Below are positions 30,375-35,843 of a stretch of DNA of 35,843 nt, one piece after another; position 1 is the first letter of the stretch, and each line of letters starts with the position of its first letter. The notes beneath the pieces were generated by a model, which was not told the origin of the DNA, did not search any database, and saw nothing but the letters and a program-made list of their open reading frames with translations. A program made the translations under genes and the position numbers. Source of the stretch: Clostridia bacterium (lineage in GTDB: Bacteria; Bacillota; Clostridia; UMGS1883; UMGS1540); assembly GCA_045578225.1 (NCBI GenBank), contig JAZNJV010000030.1:1-35843 (forward strand), given 5' to 3'.

Positions 30375-31757
30375 TTAAAATCCTATGGCAAATATTTCGG
30401 CATCCTGCATTTCCATTTCAATGGTCACTTCTCTTCCTTCGAAAACGGAAAGCGGCGTGTCGAACAGCACCTCGCGGCGGACGTTGTTGCCAAATACGTC
30501 ACAGCTCCGAGCCACGGTTTCGCCGTCCGTAATTTTGATGCGAATGGTGCCTGCGGCGCTTGTGCGGAAATTCAGGAAGAACTTGTCGCTTCCCAAAAGG
30601 AGCGGTTTTGTGACGAGCATAGCTTTTTCCCAGCCGCTCTTAAACGAGGCAAACCCATCGCGACGAATCGCGTAGCGCACAACGCCCGTATAGTCCCCGT
30701 CCCACGAGGAATCACACCCGAACATGCTGATTTCCGTCTCGTCCACAATATAGCCTTGGCTAAAATACCCGTCGCCGTATTTCCACGTAAGCGGTGCTTC
30801 GTAGTCACCGTCGGATACTGCTTCGTTAAATTTATGCCAGTGCAGCCCGTCGCGCGAGGTCATAAAGAGCGTATCGGTAAGCGTGGTACCAAAGCGCGGA
30901 TGCATTTCAAACCGCCACTTTCGGGATTCTAAATCCGGCAGCACATCAAACGAAGGGGACCAAATTTCGGCGCGGTCATTATACCGCACGGGAAGCCCCG
31001 TAAAAATATGCGGCGCGCCGGGGTATCTTTGCACATTGTTCGTGTAAAGGGCAAACTTTTCTTCATCATCAAACTGAATAAAGCCGTGCTTTTCCCAGTG
31101 TTTATAGTCTTTCGAGGTCATAAGCTTTATGTGCCTTCTGCCTTCGTCAAAGTCGCGGTAGAAAAGCTTATACTCGCGGTCAATTTCATCCCAGTACACG
31201 GTATTCAGAGAGTCAAACTTGCCCGGCTCCTTGGCGATGTTTTCCACTCTTTTAAAGTGGATGCCATCGGGGCTTACGAAGGAAGCAAGCGTGCCACCTT
31301 CTACGAATACCTTGCAGCCGTCCTCCACGCGCATGATGCCCTTGTAGCGGCTCTCAGGCGGGCAGGCGGGATTATCGTCACGAAAGACGCAAAGGCCGCC
31401 GCCGTACGGCTCGGTGGGGTGCGAGAGGATAATATTGTTATCCCCGTAGATGCCGAGAGACGGGAAGTCCCACTTCTTTCCGTCGCGACTCTCGGCGTAG
31501 CAGGTTACGGTGTGGCTTTCGTTAAATTTTCCGGTTTCGGGGTCCTTAAAGCGGTGCCCCGTGCCGTAATACATGCGGTAAATCTCGCCGTCTTTGAAGA
31601 TAACGGGGTAGAATACTTCGCGGCCGTGCGGCATTTTATGTTCAAAAATGGTTTCCTTCTTCTCGATTCGGTTTGCAGAAAGGCGCGCTGTGGTTTTTTC
31701 TTTGTCAATCAGCGAATAGTCCCAAAGCGGCTCTGTTTTTTGACAGGTGTATGCCAT
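30375..31757 (-). CDS. Cytoplasmic beta-propeller glycoside-hydrolase-like protein (Asp-box motifs) with a C-terminal beta-sandwich; family not resolved
   Basis: The start is moved to ATG 31757 (MAYTCQK) behind GAGGAGGAAG; the track start at 31829 lies upstream of the predicted promoter. SRDGKKW and SRDGLHW Asp-box-like motifs and the YYG/FYRD pattern suggest a GH32/43/130-like fold. Confidence 0.7.
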   Translation of the reverse strand: MAYTCQKTEPLWDYSLIDKEKTTARLSANRIEKKETIFEHKMPHGREVFYPVIFKDGEIYRMYYGTGHRFKDPETGKFNESHTVTCYAESRDGKKWDFPSLGIYGDNNIILSHPTEPYGGGLCVFRDDNPACPPESRYKGIMRVEDGCKVFVEGGTLASFVSPDGIHFKRVENIAKEPGKFDSLNTVYWDEIDREYKLFYRDFDEGRRHIKLMTSKDYKHWEKHGFIQFDDEEKFALYTNNVQRYPGAPHIFTGLPVRYNDRAEIWSPSFDVLPDLESRKWRFEMHPRFGTTLTDTLFMTSRDGLHWHKFNEAVSDGDYEAPLTWKYGDGYFSQGYIVDETEISMFGCDSSWDGDYTGVVRYAIRRDGFASFKSGWEKAMLVTKPLLLGSDKFFLNFRTSAAGTIRIKITDGETVARSCDVFGNNVRREVLFDTPLSVFEGREVTIEMEMQDAEIFAIGF

Positions 31758-31800
31758 GTTTACTTCCTCCTCTGTGATTCTTGCAAAGAGTTCTATGTTT

Positions 31801-31829
31801 ATTGTACCCGCCGCGGCCTCCATTTGCAA
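31801..31829 (-). promoter_or_regulatory. Candidate promoter of the beta-propeller GH-like gene
   Basis: Minus-strand reading: -35 TTGCAA (31824..31829), 17-nt spacer, -10 TACAAT (31801..31806). Confidence 0.5.
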
Positions 31830-31941
31830 TAGGAGAAAAGGACATGTTTACAAAAAAATGACCTTTTTCAAAATATACTCCAACAGGACATTACAAAACA
31901 TGACGAAAACTTTCGCTTTTCGGCGTTTTTGCGTTTTTTTC

Positions 31942-31970
31942 TTGCAAAAGCATGTCTTTTATGCTATAGT
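31942..31970 (+). promoter_or_regulatory. Candidate promoter of the AraC-family regulator gene
   Basis: -35 TTGCAA (31942..31947), 17-nt spacer, -10 TATAGT (31965..31970). Confidence 0.55.
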
Positions 31971-31991
31971 GGGGACAAAGGAGATGTCATC

Positions 31992-32834
31992 ATGCAAACC
32001 CCTGAACCGAAAGGCTTTACCTTTTATATTGAAAATACAGAATTCAAGCTTTTTTCCGAGGCGTTTCGCGGCGGCGTACAAAAGTTTGCGCTTGACCATT
32101 CGCACGCCTTTTATGAGCTTTTCTTTGTGGTGCGCGGCAATCTTACGGTGGTTACGGAAACAGAGTCTAAAACGCTTTCACCGGGAGAATTTATCATCAT
32201 CCCGCCGAAAATGCGGCACCGCACGGTATATGAGCCGGGCGCGGTGGCCCTTTATGTTTTAAACTTTTCCTTCCGCAAAACGGCGCTACTCACCCCTTCC
32301 GATTTATTCGGGAAGCTTTCGAAAACGCTCTCTTCGGTATGTATGCGCCCCGTGGCGGATGCGGCGCTTTTTGCGGCGCTGCAGAAGTGCCACTCGTATA
32401 TGCTTCTGGGGGACCGTTCTCTCGTTTCCGTTGCCTTTCACGAATTTGCAGTGCTTCTCTATCGTTTTACCGACGAAGATAAAAAGGATTTTTCGCCCGA
32501 AGCGCCCTTTTTTGATAGCGACGCGGGGCGAATTCATAAAATCAACGCCTTTATTGACACGCGCTACGCGGAAAATATCCGCATAGAAGAAATTGCAGAG
32601 GCACTCCACTTAAGCGTGCGGCAGGTAAGCCGCATTATACGAAACTATTATGGCACAACGTACCGCGAGCTTGTGCGCCAGCAGCGCATGCGCGTGGCCG
32701 CCGAAGCCCTTCGTACCACGGAGATGACGGTGGAGGAAATTGCAACGCTTGTCGGCTACGGCTCTTTTTGCAGTTTCTACACGGCGTTTAAACAGCAGTA
32801 CGGCGTATCGCCGAGTGTGTTTCGAAAACCGTAA
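31992..32834 (+). CDS. AraC-family transcriptional regulator (cupin sensor + HTH_AraC)
   Basis: The start is moved to ATG 31992 (MQTPEPKGF) behind AAAGGAG. It has a cupin-like N-domain (HSHAFYELFFVVRG) and a C-terminal HTH (IEEIAEALHLSVRQVSRI...VEEIATLVGYGSFCSFYTAFKQQYGVSPS). Confidence 0.9.
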   Translation: MQTPEPKGFTFYIENTEFKLFSEAFRGGVQKFALDHSHAFYELFFVVRGNLTVVTETESKTLSPGEFIIIPPKMRHRTVYEPGAVALYVLNFSFRKTALLTPSDLFGKLSKTLSSVCMRPVADAALFAALQKCHSYMLLGDRSLVSVAFHEFAVLLYRFTDEDKKDFSPEAPFFDSDAGRIHKINAFIDTRYAENIRIEEIAEALHLSVRQVSRIIRNYYGTTYRELVRQQRMRVAAEALRTTEMTVEEIATLVGYGSFCSFYTAFKQQYGVSPSVFRKP

Positions 32835-32982
32835 AAAGGAGAAAAAGTATGTTTACTCTCCAAAATACAAAGTAATCGTTTTTTGCGGTGCTCTTGGCAT
32901 CACGCCTTCTTCGCTTTCGGGTGCGCGTGTGCGCGCCTATATGGAAACACTTGGACACGAGCTATAGGAGAAAGAACACATA

Positions 32983-33810
32983 ATGAAAAAATTTGAAAAT
33001 ATACTCTTTGTGACCGACCTTGACGGTACGCTTTTAAAAGACGATAAAACAATTTCGAAGGAAAACCTGGAGGCTATCGACTATTTTAAAGACGAAGGCG
33101 GCCTTTTCACGTTTATAACGGGGCGCATTCCCTCGGGCATGGCAGACATTCTCGATATGGTAACACCGAACGCCCCCTACGGCTGTATTAACGGCGGCGG
33201 CATCTACGATGCAGAAAAGAAAAAGTATCTTTGGCACAACACTCTCCCGCGCGAGGCGCTCGAGCTTGTGGAGTTTGCCGACCGCATGGTGCCTTCCATG
33301 GGCATACAAATCAACACGCCTGACCTTGCATATTTTTGCAAGGACAATGCTTCGCTCGTAAAATTTCGTAAGCTCTCGTGGTTTCCCGATTTATTTGCCC
33401 CGTATAGCGACATCAAGGAGCCGTTTGTGAAGGTTTTATTTGCGGACGAGGATGAAGAAGCGCTCCTTCGCCTTATTTCCCTTCTCGAGGCGCATCCGCG
33501 CGCGAAGGATTTCTTGCTCGTGCGGTCTACGAAAGAATATTATGAAATTTTGCCGAAAGACAGCGGGAAAGGCTCGGTGCTTCCGCGCCTTGCCTCACTT
33601 TTAGGGGTAGATATGCGGCGCACGATTGCCGCGGGCGACAATGATAACGATGTTTGTCTGCTTCGCGCGGCGGCCGTAGGCGTTGCGGTGGAAAACGCTA
33701 CCGAAAATGCCAAAAAGGCTGCAAACTACCATACGGTCAGCAACGAAGACCACGCCATCGCAAAAATTATTTCGGATTTAGATACAGGAAAGCTTTGTTT
33801 TCCGTGCTAG
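32983..33810 (+). CDS. Cof-type HAD-IIB phosphatase (sugar-phosphate phosphatase-like)
   Basis: 275 aa with motif I FVTDLDGTLL, motif III/IV GKG...AAGDNDNDVCL, and a Cof-type cap region. Confidence 0.85.
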   Translation: MKKFENILFVTDLDGTLLKDDKTISKENLEAIDYFKDEGGLFTFITGRIPSGMADILDMVTPNAPYGCINGGGIYDAEKKKYLWHNTLPREALELVEFADRMVPSMGIQINTPDLAYFCKDNASLVKFRKLSWFPDLFAPYSDIKEPFVKVLFADEDEEALLRLISLLEAHPRAKDFLLVRSTKEYYEILPKDSGKGSVLPRLASLLGVDMRRTIAAGDNDNDVCLLRAAAVGVAVENATENAKKAANYHTVSNEDHAIAKIISDLDTGKLCFPC

Positions 33811-33825
33811 AAAGGAGAATTGAAC

Positions 33826-35787
33826 ATGAAAAAGTGGGTAAGTCTCTTGCTCGTGTGCCTTCTTCTGCCGCCGTTACCCTCGCTTGCAAGTAGCGTCGCG
33901 GTCTATATCGACGGCGCGGCCGTAGCTTTTACACAGGAAAGCGGTGCCCCTTTCATCGAAGGCGGGCGCACGCTTGTCCCCCTGCGCGCCACCATGGAAG
34001 CCTTCGGTGCCTCGGTGGACTGGGAGGCCAGTTCGCAAACGGCCATTGTGCGCAAAGATACCACCACGGTGCGTTGCCGCATTGGGGAAAACTGTATTTA
34101 CAGAAATAATGTACGCATCGAAAACGATGCCGCCGCCAAAATTGTGGCGGGTCGCACGTATCTGCCGATTCGCGCGGTGCTGGAGGCGTTCGGTGCCACC
34201 GTTTCTTGGGATGGCGCGGTGCACGCCATGGGCGGTACGGCCACCTTTATCGCGGAAATTGAAAACACGCCCTCCGTCACCACGAATTTCTGGGGGCTTT
34301 GGAGCGAAGCGCTCGCCGCAAAGGATAGCGGCAATTTTGCGGGCGCTATCGAAAAAATCCAAAGTGTGGCAAATGCGTTCCTCGTCGAAAATACCTCGGC
34401 AAGCGACGCAATGCTATTTAAGCATCTCGGCGAATGCTATGCAAATATAAAGGCATACGATAAGGCCTCGGCCTGTTTCGAGCGCGAAGCCTATTACTGG
34501 AGCCGGACCCCCGGCATGGAAGAAAGCCGCATAGACGCCGCAAGACGTGCGCGCCTTATTCGAACCGGTGCACAAATCTATGTCAAAAACCAAAATCCCG
34601 AAATGGGCGCTCTGCTACAGTTTGGTGCGCCGCACGAGCCCCGGGGCGGGGTACTTCTCGGCGCGTATGCCGAAGGGGATACGAATATTTATAACCCCTA
34701 TGACCCGAATCGTTTTTATATGGACACCTTCCCCACGCTTTGCGGGAAAGACATGCGCGGCTATCTTCTCTATCTACCGTATGGAAGAAGCGTCACGCTC
34801 TATCAAAGCCATATACAAAAAGCGGCAGAAAAAGGGAAATATCTTCAAATTGCGCTGGAGCCCCACGGCGGCATAGGGCAGGTCAATGCCTATGACGGCT
34901 ATCTTACTACCCTTGCCAAAGAAATGGAAGCGGCGCCTTGCCCCATGCTTCTCCGCTTTGCAGGGGAGATGAATGATATGTCCACCTCGTGGTACTCGCC
35001 CGACCCCGCGCCGTACATCGCGGCATTTCGCACGGTGGCGGAAATTTTCCACGAGCATGCGCCGAGTGTGCCTGTTATTTGGGCGCCGAATTTCTATCCG
35101 CCCGACACGATTTCCGCGTACTATCCGGGCGACGAATATGTAGACTATGTGGGCCTTTCTTCCTACATGATGCACCAGCCGATTACAGACCCGCTTGGAA
35201 AAGGCATTGACCGAAGCCGCTGGAGTAACCAGCTTGACACCATCTACTCTCTCTACGGGCACAAAAAACCGATTATCGTCGTCGAGGGTGGCGCCTCGTA
35301 CATGGATTATGACACGTACGCCGATATTACCCCGTTTGCCGCGCGGCAAATCGAGGATTTTTACACATATCTCCCGATTAAGTACCCGAACGTAAAGTTC
35401 TGCTTTGTGTTTGATGCTGACCGCGAAAGGCAAAAGTTCGCGCTTTCGAATAACCCGACGTACCTCAAAGGCTATCAAAACGGCATCGGGAATCCGCTTT
35501 ACGGAGATGGCGCGTATTTCTATGACTATTATGAGCTTGGGAACAATGTACGGGTGGCTCCTGAAAAAACAGAGCTTTGCGCCTACATTACGACGCCCGA
35601 AAGCACGGCGGCGTATGTCCTCTATTCTATCGGTGACACGGATATCGGCACGGCATACGGCGCGCCGTATGCGGTACCTGTGGACTTTTCGCCCTACACC
35701 GGGCAAACCGTTCCCGTCACTGTGCGCGCGTTTGATGCTTCGCACGCCCCCCTACTGCGCTACACCGTAAATATTCGAGTGTTATAA
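33826..35787 (+). CDS. Secreted protein: copper-amine-oxidase-N-terminal-like (stalk) domain + helical linker + GH26-like glycoside hydrolase domain
   Basis: The start is set at ATG 33826 (MKKWVSLLLVCLLL signal peptide), 8 nt after AAAGGAG. Stalk repeats: GRTLVPLRATMEAFGASVDW and GRTYLPIRAVLEAFGATVSW. GH26-like motifs: RFAGEMNDMSTSWY, YYPGDEYVDYVGLSSY, IIVVEGGAS. Confidence 0.8.
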   Translation: MKKWVSLLLVCLLLPPLPSLASSVAVYIDGAAVAFTQESGAPFIEGGRTLVPLRATMEAFGASVDWEASSQTAIVRKDTTTVRCRIGENCIYRNNVRIENDAAAKIVAGRTYLPIRAVLEAFGATVSWDGAVHAMGGTATFIAEIENTPSVTTNFWGLWSEALAAKDSGNFAGAIEKIQSVANAFLVENTSASDAMLFKHLGECYANIKAYDKASACFEREAYYWSRTPGMEESRIDAARRARLIRTGAQIYVKNQNPEMGALLQFGAPHEPRGGVLLGAYAEGDTNIYNPYDPNRFYMDTFPTLCGKDMRGYLLYLPYGRSVTLYQSHIQKAAEKGKYLQIALEPHGGIGQVNAYDGYLTTLAKEMEAAPCPMLLRFAGEMNDMSTSWYSPDPAPYIAAFRTVAEIFHEHAPSVPVIWAPNFYPPDTISAYYPGDEYVDYVGLSSYMMHQPITDPLGKGIDRSRWSNQLDTIYSLYGHKKPIIVVEGGASYMDYDTYADITPFAARQIEDFYTYLPIKYPNVKFCFVFDADRERQKFALSNNPTYLKGYQNGIGNPLYGDGAYFYDYYELGNNVRVAPEKTELCAYITTPESTAAYVLYSIGDTDIGTAYGAPYAVPVDFSPYTGQTVPVTVRAFDASHAPLLRYTVNIRVL

Positions 35788-35796
35788 ACAGAAATC

Positions 35797-35827
35797 AAAA
35801 AGGACTGCACCTTGCAGTCCTTTTTTC
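35797..35827 (+). terminator. Rho-independent terminator after the GH26-like gene
   Basis: AAAAGGACTGCA cct TGCAGTCCTTTTTT: a 10-12-bp stem followed by a T-run, about 10 nt after the stop codon. Confidence 0.85.
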
Positions 35828-35843
35828 TTATTCGTTTAGAAGT

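Noticed and set aside
32849-32875. An 8-codon mini-ORF (MFTLQNTK) with a perfect AAGGAG SD and 7-nt spacing between the AraC gene and the HAD gene, considered as a regulatory leader peptide.
   Set aside because: It is too short to evaluate, no attenuator-like alternative hairpins follow it, and the SD could be coincidental in this purine-rich spacer.
1-35843. A scan for CRISPR arrays, tRNA or rRNA genes, IS elements, integrases and toxin-antitoxin or known defence gene pairs.
   Set aside because: I saw no regularly spaced repeats, no cloverleaf-like or rRNA-like segments, and no transposase or recombinase motifs in any frame. The only repeats found are the short regulatory and intragenic ones reported above.

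Overview
This is a 35.8-kb chromosomal segment. It most likely comes from a moderately GC-rich, Shine-Dalgarno-dependent, spore-forming Clostridia-type Firmicute; that is inferred from a T-box leader, a YaaH/SleL-like LysM-GH18 gene, Hdr/Flx genes and Gram-positive-style promoters and terminators. I support 29 protein-coding features, one of them cut by the left edge and one a probable gene remnant. I saw no rRNA, tRNA, CRISPR array, transposase or integrase. Gene order: (1) a minus-strand operon ldh-hdrB-hdrC-hdrA-mvhD followed by a partial FlxC-like gene; (2) an NSS-family transporter, a LysM-CAP protein and a D-2-hydroxyacid dehydrogenase; (3) a GH116-lacI operon divergent from a NagA-like amidohydrolase plus a neutral-ceramidase-like protein; (4) an operon of adenosine deaminase, secreted phosphodiester glycosidase and acyltransferase-3; (5) a stand-alone Cys-rich 4-TM protein; (6) an AT-rich, roughly 3.8-kb Agr-type cassette; (7) uxaC, a Trp T-box controlling a stand-alone trpB2, LysM-GH18 and glnA; (8) an AraC-associated glycan locus with a beta-propeller GH-like protein, a HAD phosphatase and a GH26-like protein. 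The best candidate for something undescribed is the Agr-type cassette. It has a LytTR regulator and an AgrC-like kinase, then a terminator. A promoter carrying 21-nt-periodic direct repeats then drives a catalytically intact AgrB. I found no AgrD-like ORF. Instead, a 317-aa secreted repeat protein is translationally coupled to agrB in the position where agrD normally sits. Secondary leads are the GH116 / NagA-like / ceramidase-like cluster and the ldh-linked Hdr-Flx operon. All family assignments rest on motif recognition by eye; no homology search was run.
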